A DNA stretch of 63,848 nucleotides, filler included, from Octopus bimaculoides (GCF_001194135.2; 4 parts of 4 records of this genome joined end to end with filler, not necessarily neighbours in it); one strand, 5' to 3'; shown: positions 1 to 13,145, numbered from the whole stretch's first letter. A program made the numbers and translations. The notes: generated by a model from the letters alone, not told the origin.

Positions 1-1669
1 GACAGCGTCATGTACCTGAAAAAAAAGCTGGCATTTTGCAGAGAACATAACAATCAGTAGCATTCCTTTCAGCCAGCATCCACTATACTATCGTATTATG
101 CACCATATGATCTCTACCTTACATAGGGGGATAAACCCAAAGTGGGAGTGGGAAATCTTTAGAAGTGTTAAATCCAAATGCACAAATGTATGAAGGCATT
201 CTAGCCATAACCATCATACTGTTTCATGTATGCAGTGGACCCAGGAACACATTATCAAATGCGTCCTGTTCTAAAATAGTGCAGTGTTGTATGGTTGCTA
301 TTTGGTTGCTATTTCTAGCTGGTCAAGCAATCATATAAAGACTTCCTTGTTGACTCATATATCCATGTATTTGTATGGTCTATATGGATGTGTCTGTGAG
401 TGCATGTACATTTGTGTATACGTTATGTATATATAATTGAAAACAACACTGCTCCAGTTTAAATATTTTTATTAATAATTTTCATATTTAACCTTTATAT
501 GAAATCCATTTGAGAAACAAAAAAAAAAAAAGCTCTGAGATAGGGAATTTAATTAATGGCTACAATAGCAGTCAACTTTCAATTAAAATATATCAACTCT
601 ATATCTTCAGTACTCTTTATTTTGTTTGTAGTTTTGTATTGCAAAAGGGAATACTGAATATTTAAAAAAAAATTTTAATCATTCTATAATTACAATATGG
701 AATCAGTTACATCATGTTACTTTGAGTTTCTGATAAACTCCTCTGAAAATTCTAATACTGAATCAAATGTATACCACCACTGACTTAAAATCTTCAGATT
801 TATTCCAACATGGTCGCAACAATTCTATAAAGAAAGGAGGTTTACTCTGCAGAAGTAAACCTAATTCCATCATGGAATTGCTGAAAGTAGGTAAAGGTAT
901 GACTGATGATTCTAAGACCAGTGGTAGTATAGATTTTATACAATTCAATATGAATTTTCACAGGAGATATTTTAACTGATTACATACCATAGTGATACCT
1001 ATAAACAAGTACTTTTGAACTTGTATGAATTCATATAAACAATATATATATATATATATACNNNNNNNNNNAATATGATATGTAAAATAGTATAATATAA
1101 TATATTGTAATACAATAAAATGTGAAACACATTGGTTTATTTTACTATTCATCCTCATAAACAAATTAAAGTATTGTAAATTCTCCTTAAAATATCTATG
1201 TGAACTAACAGTATACATATTTTCATTCTGGTATATTTACAAAGAGAACAAATATATCTATGTTAACTTGTGGGTATTTACTACATGTTTTTAATGAAGC
1301 AAAAAATGGCATTTGGACAAACAAAATGCATTTGTGTGTGTTTTCATGTGTGTTACAATAAAAGAAACTAGTGAATCAGTAAATAACTTGACAGATAATG
1401 GTAATAAACAAAGGTATAAATCACTTTATACAGGTATTTTCCCCTCCTAGCCCCCATAATTTGTTTTCTCTTATTATACTCCTAATATTGAGGTGAATGA
1501 AAATAAATACAATCCAACATCAACATAAAAATCACATATTATGACATGTAACATCAGCGACATTAAAATCACTTATTAGCATATTATCACATGTAGCAAC
1601 ATTCATTCTCAAAAAGAATGCATGTAGCATATGCAAAGAACTAAAACAGGAAACACATCATATCAAAAG

Positions 1670-1840
1670 CTATTTAGAAAATTTGATGAAATCACATGCA
1701 TCTGTGAAGTCAAAATCCCATGAATTGACTTCTTTATATTGGTTTTTATATTTAGAAGAACGTTTTTTGCTAAAAGAAATCTCCTTTGATGGATGAAATA
1801 AAGATCTCTGCTTTGCCTTAGTTTCTTCTGTAATGGATGC
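1670..1840 (-). CDS. M1AP: M1AP putative terminal coding exon (ASITEETKAKQRSLFHPSKEISFSKKRSSKYKNQYKEVNSWDFDFTDACDFIKFSK*)
   Basis: Minus-strand acceptor tttgctttatttattaattctAG, phase 0 matching the preceding exon, 56 open codons ending in TAG at 1672-1670. No recognisable conservation; the M1AP C-terminus is expected to be divergent. Confidence 0.7.
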   Translation of the reverse strand, partial: ASITEETKAKQRSLFHPSKEISFSKKRSSKYKNQYKEVNSWDFDFTDACDFIKFSK

Positions 1841-2336
1841 CTAGAATTAATAAATAAAGCAAATATGGCAAGAATATAATTTTTTAATGTTTACACAGCT
1901 TGGCGAATAAGCTATAAATTGCCTTCTGCCTATGTAATAGTTGTACAATCAATGTTATTTTATAGCAAGATCATATTAAAATACCAAGATATCAGAAACT
2001 TATTTGAAAATTCCAACATTTTGGATAAAACGTGTTTCTTTTTCCTTTTTAATATTTCCTTTGAGAATTTTCATTAAATGCCAAATTAAGTGTTGTTTAA
2101 GAGCAGTGAAAGTCAAAGAATATCTATAACTGTGGGATTTAAAATCAAGAATATACTTATCTTTCCTAAGTCTTTTCCACCTTAGAATCATGTGTGTGTT
2201 TGTGTAACATTTATTTAACTATTTGAATAGTTAAGTATCTGATTTCTTGATCTTGGTCAAATAATAAAATATGTTGACCAATTCAGGGAAAAAAATTTAA
2301 TGTGCTGAAATGGAAATTAGTATTAATAATACATAC

Positions 2337-2450
2337 CTTAGCTGACTGTTTTTGCTGTTTAGGTTGAGACTGTTTTGATACGAAATTAATCAATGCTGTG
2401 TAGAGACCACTGGACACAAAAAGAGGATTATAAGTCTCAAGAAATTCCAA
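2337..2450 (-). CDS. M1AP: M1AP internal exon (LEFLETYNPLFVSSGLYTALINFVSKQSQPKQQKQSAK)
   Basis: tttgtttcaatctAG acceptor, GTATGT donor, 114 nt, phase 0/0. Matches human M1AP LELEPTYNPLHVQSHLYSHL (recalled sequence). Confidence 0.87.
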
Positions 2451-2514
2451 CTAGATTGAAACAAAAAAAAAATATGTCATTAAATTTTCACTATCATTTT
2501 CATTTAAAAATTAA

Positions 2515-2690
2515 TCTGCCAGCACGGCTGTTGGGTAAGAAGTTTGCTTCCCAACCAAATGGTTCCGGGTTCAGTCCCACTGTGTGGTACCTTGGGTAAG
2601 TGTATTCTATTATAGCCTTCAGCCGATCAAAGCCTTGTGAATGGGTTTCGTAAACAAAAACTGAAAGAAGCCCTTCACATATATGTACAT
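2515..2690 (+). mobile_element. tRNA-derived SINE, family A (5' part)
   Basis: ggttccgggttcagtcccactg...ggaaactgaaagaagccc motif recurring many times in the window. Confidence 0.8.
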
Positions 2691-2699
2691 ACATATATA

Positions 2700-2905
2700 T
2701 ATATCATCATCGTTGTTTAACGTCCACTTTCCATACTAGCATAGTTGGACGATTTGACTGAGGACTGGTGGACCAGGTGGCTACACCAGGCTCCAATCTG
2801 ATTTGGCAGAGTTTCTACAGCTGGATGCCCTTCCTAATGCTAACCACTCCGAGAGTATAGTGGGTGTTTTTACGTGCCACCGGCACAAACATGCCACCGG
2901 CATGA
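2700..2905 (-). mobile_element. SINE family B with RTE-like 3' tail and (GAT)n end
   Basis: catcatcgtttaacgtcc...agctggatgcccttcctaa motif, shared with the RTE 3' end at 12900-13180. Confidence 0.75.
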
Positions 2906-2969
2906 TATATANNNNNNNNNNNNNNNNNNNNNNNNNNNNNNNNNNNNNNNNNNNNNNNNNNNNNNNNNN

Positions 2970-3016
<47 letters not shown>

Positions 3017-3279
3017 TGTGTTTTTCCCCTACCACTGCTTGATAACTTGTGTTGTTATGTTTACATACCTGTAATGATAGAATAGAACCAGGCTTTAAAA
3101 AGTATGTACTAGTGTCAATTCAATTGACTAAAAATTCTTCAAGCCCCAGCATGGCAACAGTCCAATGACAGAAACAAGTAAAAGATAAAAGAAATCAATT
3201 AACATACTGAAACACACTCATAATCATATTCATCATCCTTTCGTCAAGCTTTCATGGGTTGAATAAGTTCTATTCCAAA

Positions 3280-4950
3280 GAACAACCAGGTAACTGTTTT
3301 GTTCTTTTGTCATCTCCTTTGCAAGTTTCACCTTCCTGAGATCAGTCTTTACCACTTCTGCCTATGTCTTCCTTGTCTTCCTCTTCCATTGGCTTCCCTT
3401 ATACTAAGTTCTAACAATACCTATGATGGACACACTAACACACCAAGTACTTTTTATTTGTTCCACACTTCTAAACCCAATCTTTACTTATGCCTTATCT
3501 TTGCCTCCATAGGATCAGCTGACTACTGTGAAACAGATACAACATATTACAAATTCTTTTACTGCACTACATACCCACCCACTGAACTTTATGATCATTA
3601 ACTGTCAGAATTTGTCTGTGTTCCAATAGTTTTAGGTTAACTACTGGTAGTAAATGTCTTTCACTTCCAACACTTCTGAAGTATCATAAGCCATTCTAGT
3701 CACATTACTTCCGTTTTCATGCAACCAAAGTCCACAGCCTAAAACACCCAAGTAATTTACCAGTGACTACATTACAGAAGTATAGTCAAAGAACACTACT
3801 ACAATTCCTGGAGAAGTCCTTTAACACTACTACAATATCTAAAAAACTGCCATCTTAAAAGCAAGAAATACCGTAATGCATCACACAGTCTGTAAGCTCT
3901 CCACCAAATTTCAGGAATTCTGTAGCCTGTCACATCTCTTCCATCATTCTTAAACAGTTCACACAAAAGTTAGCTTTGTGCTCGCCATTCAATAACTCTA
4001 TCCTAATCTTTGGAAGCATGCTTCAGTATGTTCCATCTCACAAAAGAGTCACTTATCTGAGCTTGTCAGCTTATCACATTCACTTCCAATATCTTGAAAG
4101 TAATGGAGACAGTTCCTTTATCACCTTGCATCTCTCTCTCTCTCCCTCTCTGCCTCCCTCTTTCTCCCTCTCTTTCTCTCTCTCTCTCTGCCTCCCTCTC
4201 TTTCTCTCTCTCTGCCTCCCTCTCTCCCCCTCTCTTTCTCTCTCTCTGCCTCCCTCTCTCTCCCCCTCTCTTTCTCTCTCTCTGCCTCCCCCTCTCTTTC
4301 TCTCTCTCCTCTTTGGTGATAATCACTATGGCTTTTATAGAACCAGGTCACCAGAGGTCCATCACCTACATATAATTAACATCTGTTTCTCATTTCTTGA
4401 TCAGACACTTCCTGTTAAACCACACCATTGAGGTATGTACTGATGAAAGCTCTCTGACCCACATATTGTTAACTACTTACTTTTGGCAATATATGTTCTC
4501 TGAAGCAGATCATACAAAACATCACCCCACTTAACCTTACATACACAGGCATAGTCAACAAACAACCTCAAGGCTTCTTTCAAGACAAACACTGTATTCA
4601 TTACTTGAGAACATTCTTCAATTAACCTTTCATCTGTCAACAGAACAAAGATACAACTGCACATGTCAAAAAATTATCTTCTCCTTCACACTCTGTAGCT
4701 ATAGGTTGTTTCAAATGCTGGAGTTCACAATTTTTGATGTTGATTCATGGTGATCGCACATATATAACTATATCAACACTATTCCACAAAGGCAAGGATT
4801 CAACTTTAGATCCAGGAGACATTTCAGCTTTGATCAGATGCTAATCTTCCACAACTTTCAAGTATGACCTGATACTGCTTACACTTAAGTATGATACTGT
4901 TGCTACAAATGCTCCCATCCCAAAGAAGGCCAGTCAACTGACTGACAAAG
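3280..4950 (-). mobile_element. Degraded RTE-type LINE with internal (CT)n expansion
   Basis: RT-like fragments such as KVKWGDVLYDLLQ and GDKGTVSITFKILE, with many stops and frameshifts. Confidence 0.55.
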
Positions 4951-5012
4951 ATTCAGTCATCAACATGCTTCAACCACTAGCTCACAGACATGCTATTTCT
5001 GTAATCTACCTT

Positions 5013-5270
5013 TGTTGTTATGAGAGTTACAATGCCCCCTTGCAAGAGATAGACTGGTCCAAGTAAAGTATAAATAGTAACAATCCGAGTGAGTTTGACA
5101 GTTCAGAGTCAAGTGAAGTTCGTGTTAGTTCACAGTGAAGTCAGAAGGTGTCAGTTGGTTAGTTCACAAGGAATATTGGTTGTTGGTTCATAAAGAGATT
5201 TGTTAGCTCGTTACATTGTTTCTACTGTCGTCTGGTTATCTTGTTTAATGTACGTAACAATTACGTTACA
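5013..5270 (+). mobile_element. Possible solo LTR
   Basis: TG...CA ends (tgttg...ttaca), TATAAATA at about 5069, imperfect flanks acctt/acttt. Confidence 0.3.
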
Positions 5271-8159
5271 ACTTTTTTTGTCACAATTATAATGGTCCCT
5301 GCTTCTCTGAACTTGCTAGCTGCTTAACTTCATCTCCCAGGCCGTCTTTTCTCACCTATCTTTCTCATCCAAGTCATTCTTACTATGTGACACTTCTTAG
5401 ATTTTGCACTAAATACTTCATACAATCTTTCCTTTTCCGAATGACAACCATAAATGATTCTGAGAAAAATATTTGCTTGAATTTTAAAAGATTAGCATGT
5501 ATAAATGTGTTGAGAGATATGCTGGTTGAACCTCATAGAGAATATGATAAAGGACTGAGACGATTAATGACACACTGTGCTTAAGAAAATGTCCAACTGT
5601 GCAAGCATGGCAAAGCTAATGTTAAAAATGGTTTTAGTGATTGAAGCTGGAGGCATAATGCATATGTGTGTATATACCTGCACACATTTGGATTTCTCAT
5701 CTAATGTGTCTGTCAAGTCTACATCTGCTACTCCACCCCTCTATTTGATACCTTCTTACCTCCCTGTCACTCCTCTCTACTCATCTCACTCGGTTCTCAT
5801 TTTTCTACCTATCATGTATTGTCTCTTCATCCAAACCTATTTGATGTATTATTCTGCTGCTGAACCTATTACATCATATCATTAATGACTTAGACAATAA
5901 CAACCCATCAAACCCAAAAAGCAAAAGTAAAGTAACAAATATGATGAGGTGATAGGGATCAGATTTTATGAAAAATTTAATACAACTGAAAAGAAAGCAA
6001 GATTCTAGAGATTATATTCTAATCTGTGAATAGTTTCTTTGAAATAAAAATTTCCAAGTTGCTTCAATAGCTATTTCATAATTACAGACAATTTTCACTG
6101 ATTTTGTTTGCTAAACTTTATTAAATTACCAATATTTTCTCCACAATTTAATTTCAAAGTAAAATATCATGTCTGTTAAAAGAAGAGCTACCATCTATTG
6201 GTATAACTTTACTCATATGTTTAAATATAGTCTGCTTAAGTTAGCAACATGAATATTGAAGAGTAGAAAGGAATTCCAACCATGTTTCGGGGTTTGCTAC
6301 CTCAATAGCTCCTTTATAGGATCCAGTGGCTAAAGACATCATCAGGAGGAACCATGTCCGGTTTCGGCCCCTACTCCTCTACCGTTTTCGGTATTAAATG
6401 CTTATATTAAATTATATTATATGTTTCTATTGTTTTCTATTAAGTGCAATGCAATAGTGTTTCTACAACCCAATGTTCTTTATCTGTAATCTTCTGGGTC
6501 TGCTGCCACTAGTACTTGCATAGTTTACAAAATTTTTGTCTCCCTTTCTATCACTTGCACAATAAAATCACAATAAAAATCCTCAGAAAATGCATGGTTG
6601 TCATTTTCACTGTGTACACTTTACATTTATTAATTCTGCTTTCAATATTCTTCATTCTTTTTCTATATTTTAGTTCAGAGCAGAAATAAAACACAAATTA
6701 CAAAGAAATTCTTGAATGGAGTAGAAAAATTTTCATTTAATCTGAGAATGGAATGTCTGCATCCCATCATACTTAAAAACAATATAGAAACATGATAGTA
6801 GATGAAGCTGGCATTAAGAGTGGGTGACTATAAAATATTAAAGCGCTTCTGAAGCAGCTAATATCATCCAAAAACAGAGATCAATAGTAAATTAGCAAGG
6901 CTCAGAAGTCCATTAAGTTCTAGTTATTCTGTCAACATGCCTCAACAAAGTGCTGTAAACTCATTAATCAGTCAATAAATACTTTACTGTTGGAAATGTA
7001 TTAAATCTCGATGAAATTAGCATTTAGAATAATGATGTGAAGATAAAGAAGATAAAGCAAACAAACCAAAATAAAATAGGTGTATCAGCAAATGGTTCCA
7101 TTACCTGCCATTAAAGTAGTTTCATAAGGAGATATAAGCTGTATATTTGTTTTTATGGCATTTGATTCATAAGAAAAATGTAAATGAGTTCTGCTACAAT
7201 TAACGTGACTGCAATTATAAATGTACCCAAAATGAAACATATTTATTTTCACTTGAGATTTTTTTCCCCAGATCTCTAGATAAAATAACAAAACCCTCAT
7301 GCATCAATATTCAATAAATTGAATATTATCACTATGATTATAATTCTCTTTTATTACCTGATATAATATCAAAGCAATCTTTATGTTTTCACATTTGCAC
7401 AAAATTAAATATCATGTGATTATCTTTCCAGCAAAAGTTTCTCTTGATTTTTTTTTTGATAGCTTAATTTTTCTTTTAACGCTTGATGGTGTGTGTATAA
7501 AACACTATTTGTGAAAAACACTGGACAGTCACTTAGTGATGTGTAAAATGGACATTCTTTTAGATAATCTTTAACAGTCTCAACAGAGATTTAAAAAAAA
7601 AAGATAAAATAACTTAACTATATGCTCTTTCTGCTGAAGATACCCTTAGGCAATTCGTTAGTATTTTAATTTACCAAATCAGTGAGTTATTTTTGTACAA
7701 AACATTATAATCATCATTATATTTGATGGCTTATAAAATACACCAAACCTCCACTGAAAAAAAATATTGTTCCAGAAAAATAATCTGTCATTCAAACACA
7801 AGGTGAGAGTTTGGTGTTGCTGTGACCCCTAAAATTAATTACAAACATCTCAGTAACAAATCTGCCTCCCAGAGTTATAAGTGAATATTTTTTGGGATAG
7901 CCATAAATATTAACATTACTTGTATGTATGTATGTATGTATGTATGAATGTTTGTATGTATAGAAAGCACACTTAAATAATTTTTCAGTGATACTAAAGG
8001 ATAAAGCCATTAAGTTTTACTCCAAATATTTAGCAAGTAATGATATATTTCATATTAAAAGTGTCCATTATTTTCCAGAATTCCAACTTAAACATTTTAT
8101 AATGCTTACCGTTCACTAATTCTGAAAAGTATTGAGTTGAGTGAAAAGTTTTTCAAAAC

Positions 8160-8350
8160 TTGGTAACTTATTTGTTCTATTCATCAAGTTACAACAAAAG
8201 CATCCTAACATTCAAAGTAGAAGCCATCATGTTGCACTGTCTGCAGTCACCTTTCTGCCAGTTCTTGTCCTTCAAGGTGAAGAACTCCTTCACTGAAGCT
8301 TCCACCTCCTTTTGGTTGATGAAGCATCACAAGCACAGGAAGTGAGCCGT
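8160..8350 (-). mobile_element. Mariner transposase C-terminal relic
   Basis: Translates FINQKEVEASVKEFFTLKDKNW; inverted copy of 8790-8985. Confidence 0.75.
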
Positions 8351-8789
8351 GGTTTGGAACAAGTGATAATCTAAGGGAGCTAATTCTGAACTACATGCTG
8401 AGTGTGACATCAGCTTGATTCCCTCAGGTTTCTGAGTTTATTCTGGGTTGTTCAAGTGGTATGAGGTCTTACGTTGTCTTACTGCAGAAGAGTTTGCTTT
8501 CTGCTAACCAATACTAGGTACTTTTGCTGCACAATGGCATACAGCCACTCCAGCTGTTCAGAGTACAAGTTGGTATCAATGGTTCAACCATTCAGAATGA
8601 ACTCATTGTGAATTATATCCTTATAATTCCACTTTATAATTTCACTAGATGCAAAGCATGTTATGTTTGAAACACTCATGTTTAATGACAGACTCCAGAA
8701 GCTGGCCCTTGCATAACTACTGCTTATGCACATTAGGAGTGTAGAAAAATATCTCCCTCTATTACTTGTTGATTCGTGGCTCACTTACT

Positions 8790-8985
8790 GGGCTTGTGAT
8801 ACTTCATCAACCAAGAGGTGGTGAAAGCTTCAGGGAAGGAGTTCTTCACCACAAAAGATAAGAACTGGTACCAGTGTGGGATCAAAGAACTGGGAAAAGA
8901 TGGTTTCAGACAGTGCAACATGATGACCTTAACTCTGAATGCTAGGATGCTTTTGTTGTAACTTGACAAATAAAGTAAATAATTT
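8790..8985 (+). mobile_element. Mariner transposase C-terminal relic
   Basis: Translates KEFFTTKDKNWYQCGIKEL..RWFQTVQHD, resembling the mariner C-terminus EFFxxKxxxWYxxGIxxLxxRW. Confidence 0.78.
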
Positions 8986-9825
8986 AGCAATATATTGCAA
9001 AGTGTTTGATTGAACACAATGATTATGGAATAAAATTTTCAGTAACTGTTTTATATATTAGTGATATATAAAGCAGTTACTGAAAATTGGTGATATATAA
9101 AACAGTTACTGACCACATGCCATCAATAATGACAGCAAATTGTAGTATATTATATATAAATCAGGTACAAAATAAGGTACATAATAATCACACATACAAA
9201 CATTCATATACTTCCCTTGTACACGCACATGCATACACACATATATTCACACAGAGTTGAAACGCTGATTTATTTTTCCACCCCCTTCATTTCTTATTCA
9301 TATATCACCCCTTCCTTTCTCTCATTGCAATTATTTTCTCTCACTCCCTCTCAGTCAGGGCTATTACTCTCACTACTTCTCCTTTACTGAATTACTATTT
9401 TCCCTCCTCCTCTGCAGCCGGCATGATTCTGGACAAATATATAAAAACACTACTCTCATTATTATATTAGGAAAGTGTATAACTCTAGAAAACTTATGAG
9501 AACCATGTATCTTAAACATAAAAGAATAACATAATCCTTTCTCAGACCTTTTCATAAAAAAATAATTCACAGTTATATTTCCAGAAAATAACATTGAATT
9601 CAAGGTGATGGACAGAAATGGAAATATATTTTAAATCTTATTAGTGTAAATGCTATGTTGCTGAATATGCAAATAACTTGAGAACAATTTCAATTGCTAC
9701 TTTTCTGTTGAGAGATTTCAAGCAGGGAAAATCATCTATATGTTAAAACCTTTGCTAAAAAGATATACAAAGTTATACAAGTGTCAAAACATTAAAATCT
9801 AGAGTAATAAATCAGTTCAACTTAC

Positions 9826-10077
9826 TTGAGAAATTGAAGATTCTATCATTTGAAGATTGCTGTGTGAAGGCATTTCAGCTTGAAGGCTTTGACCTTGTGC
9901 TACCATTAATTCTTTACAAGCCAATGATTTAATCAACATTTTACCTGATTGTGATGGCAGTAAAACAAAGCAACCCAAAGGATGTTTAGTTTTCAGAAAG
10001 GAATCATGCAGGAGATTATTTTGTGGTGGAACTGAAGAAATTGTTTCCTGTCCAAGCTGACCAATTAACACATGTTC
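9826..10077 (-). CDS. M1AP: M1AP internal exon (EHVLIGQLGQ...GCFVLLPSQSGKMLIKSLACKELMVAQ...NLQMIESSISQ)
   Basis: gtctttcatacAG acceptor, GTAAGT donor, 252 nt, phase 0/0. FVLLPSQSGKMLIKSLACKELM aligns with human M1AP FYVIMPSHSLTLLVKAVATRELM, and NLQMIESSISQ with SLKNVESMLDS. Splices in frame to the 2450 exon. Confidence 0.87.
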
Positions 10078-10449
10078 CTGTATGAAAGACATATCAAATA
10101 CAGTTTATATCACATTAAACTTCTTAAAATAAAACAAAAAAATTCATTTCTAAATTTCTGAGATGAGTTAAGGCAACAATAATTACAAAATTTCATTCTA
10201 TGGAATATATATGTCATATTATTATATTTTACATTATATTTATTGTGGTCCAGTCTTTGATAATCTTCAGGAACCAATTTTCTTTAGGAAAACATTTTCC
10301 TATTTTGGATTTACAATTCAAGCCCTTAATTGTAATGCCAGGTTTTTAACTTTCTTTACTATTATTTCACTGCCCTGTACTATTTGCCACTATCTTGTTA
10401 AAATGCTGCATTAGAAATAATGGTTCTAATATATAAATAGTACTTAAGG

Positions 10450-10660
10450 CCATGAACTGGCAGAATCATCACACCAGGCAAAATGCTTAGCAGCATTTCA
10501 TGTCTTCTACACTCTGGGTTCAAATTCTACCAAAGTCAACTTTGCCTTTCATCCTTTCAGGGTTGATAAAATATGTAAGTTGAACACTGAGGTTGATGTA
10601 ATCAACTATCCTCTTACCCTGAACTTGCTGGCCTTGTGCCAAATTTTGAAACCAATTTAT
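10450..10660 (+). mobile_element. SINE family C copy, CpG-decayed
   Basis: ctttgcctttcatcctttc..gggt.gataaa core shared with 25255-25521. Confidence 0.8.
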
Positions 10661-12349
10661 ATATATATAGTACTTACAATAATATATACTTCACATGATG
10701 ATATGGTCCAAGCCTTATAAATATGATGTGCTTGTTTGAGATGGTATATAAATCATTCAATTTTTTTTATTAATTAAGCAATAATCCCTTTTAATTGAAA
10801 AGGAAAAAACAAATTTTGAAAAAGGATAAAATATTTATTGGTATTGAACTTACTTTTCTTGTTAAGTATTCAACAACTGAAAGCTTTTACAACCTACAAT
10901 AATATATTGACTGCTCCTACAGTCACATAACACTTGCTTCTACTTCCACCCCTATTATATGGGGACAACACAGACATATTCTGGAATCTTGGATGTCCTC
11001 AAAAATTGTAATATCTAGTGTTACTTTGAAACCATCCTTAGTTCTTTGACACAAATGTTCTGTTTTACAGTGACCTTAATGAAAATCTTCCTTCAAAATT
11101 TCAGGCCAGCTTGTTCCAATCACTAACTTAGTAATTACAAAGATATTTTACTAAATTTTGTATTATATTTAAAACTAGAATAAACAAAGGTCCGTATGTC
11201 AACAGATATATGCTAAGAAAAGGGCTAAATCATTTGGAATGGCTATCTACTGTTTATGCTAGGTTTATCATATTTTAAGTCTCACAGCCTTAGCTTCTCA
11301 ATTTGAAGTGATAATAGAAAACTGAAATAGTAATTGATAAAAAGTGAAATAGGGAGAGAATGTCAACTGCTTTTTAAGTAAGGTAAATAAACAAACTGAA
11401 AATAATATAAAAAGGAAAAATTCTGTCAATACAAAATTACAAGAAGAAAATTGAAATGTTTGGATCCATAATATATCGAAAACTGTATATCTCAAATACA
11501 AAGAAGTGTACACAGAATTTCTCATTGAAAATTGCCATAGAGTTTAGAACCATATTAACACATAAAGAATTTCATTTTCATATAAGCTAATTAAATGCCA
11601 AACCATTTCAGTAATTTCTTTTGTTGCACAGTGAGAAATGAATTAGAATAACATCATTTATGTGAAATGATAGCTTGCTATGAAAGAAATATTTTGGAAA
11701 TCAAATGTAATGCAAAATATTTGTTTATAAAATTCTTTTTATATAAGTTAGTTATTATTTACAAGCTGTTTACCATTTATAACAAAACTGCTCAATATTA
11801 TTCCAAATTTACTGTTACATTATAACTGTCACATTAATAGTTTATTTTCATTGGAAAATTCAATTTAATCATATATTTTGTATTGTGTTTATCAATATGA
11901 ACTCATTCTTCTACAATCAACAAGTTATAAATGATACATTTATCTTGTTTCAAATGATATCTATTTATCTATCTCAGAGCTTTAGTGGCTGATAGGTTAA
12001 GATGTTAGACAACTTATCTTATAATGAAGGAGTTGTTTATTGCAAATGTAGGCAAAGCATATTACACTACTAAATAGTATTAAACCTTGCTGAAATGCAA
12101 GAACTCCTGCTATTTCATACTTATTACTAGTAGGTAAGTTACAATGAACATGTAAAAAACATTAAAAACCTAAAATAAATATGAAATGAGGAATAAATAA
12201 TATTTTGCTTTATTTATTCCTGTATGTATGGGACAGAATTTCATACATGTTTCATTTTCCTTGCTGAAGTATAACCTAAGCAATCATGAATGAACCATTA
12301 AGTAAATATACAAGGTTGTACATTTATTGCTGTTAGGAAATACATTTAT

Positions 12350-13145
12350 TGTTGTAAGAAAATAGAATTGTTTAAAGAACTATTACCTCTGTTACTAATG
12401 AAGAGCCTCTCCCCAAGAGAGAAAGGCAGATTGTATGATACCTGTGTATGAACAGCTATGTTACATGGCAGTGAGAGGGCTGTGACTACTGGGAACATGC
12501 GAAGGCTTTGAAAAAAATGAAGCCAGTATGCTCTGGTGAATGGGTAATATCAGTGTGCATATACAGCAGAGTATAAGTGATTTGAGAGATAAATTGGGTA
12601 TATGAAGCATCAGATGTAATATGCAAGAGAGGAAACTGTACTAGTACAGAAACGTAATGCATATGAATGAAGACAGTTGCATGAAGAGGTGCTGATCTCT
12701 AATTGTGGAGGGAACATGTGGAAGGGGTAGACTCAGGAAGATGTGGGATAAAGTGGTGAGAAAGGACTTTCAGATGTTGGGCCTCACAGAGGGAAGGATA
12801 GAGAATTGAGACTCCTGGCAGTTTGCTGTGTTTGAGAAGACACATCAAGCTGAGTAAAAGCAGGGTTGTCCTTGCAAACAAGCATGTCCCCTGCATCCCT
12901 CTTCAGCTGAACATTCCTGGTCTTGCAGGCTCGTGGGTGCTAGTACCATATAAAAAGCACCCGTACCAGTGTCATGTAAAAGCACCCATGCCAGTGCTGC
13001 ATAAAAGCACCTGGTACACTCTGTAAAGTGGTTGGCATTAGGAAGGGTCAGCTGGCCAGCTCCTGTGAAACTGTCCAACCCATGCCAGCATGGAAAACAG
13101 ACATTAAATGATGATGATGATGATGATGATGACGATGATGATGAA

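Noticed and set aside
763-979. Overlapping sense and antisense ORFs of 61-70 aa
   Set aside because: No recognisable homology and no convincing splice pair. They lie downstream of the M1AP stop. The LRPCW resemblance to M1AP is too weak and in the wrong place.
988-998. AG|GTATCACTATG|GTATGT 11-nt micro-exon on the minus strand
   Set aside because: It lies 3' of the proposed M1AP stop codon and has no coding partner; a chance match is likely.
3976-4431. 151-aa Leu/Ser-rich ORF and antisense Glu/Arg-rich ORFs
   Set aside because: Translation of a (CT)n expansion inside a LINE relic.
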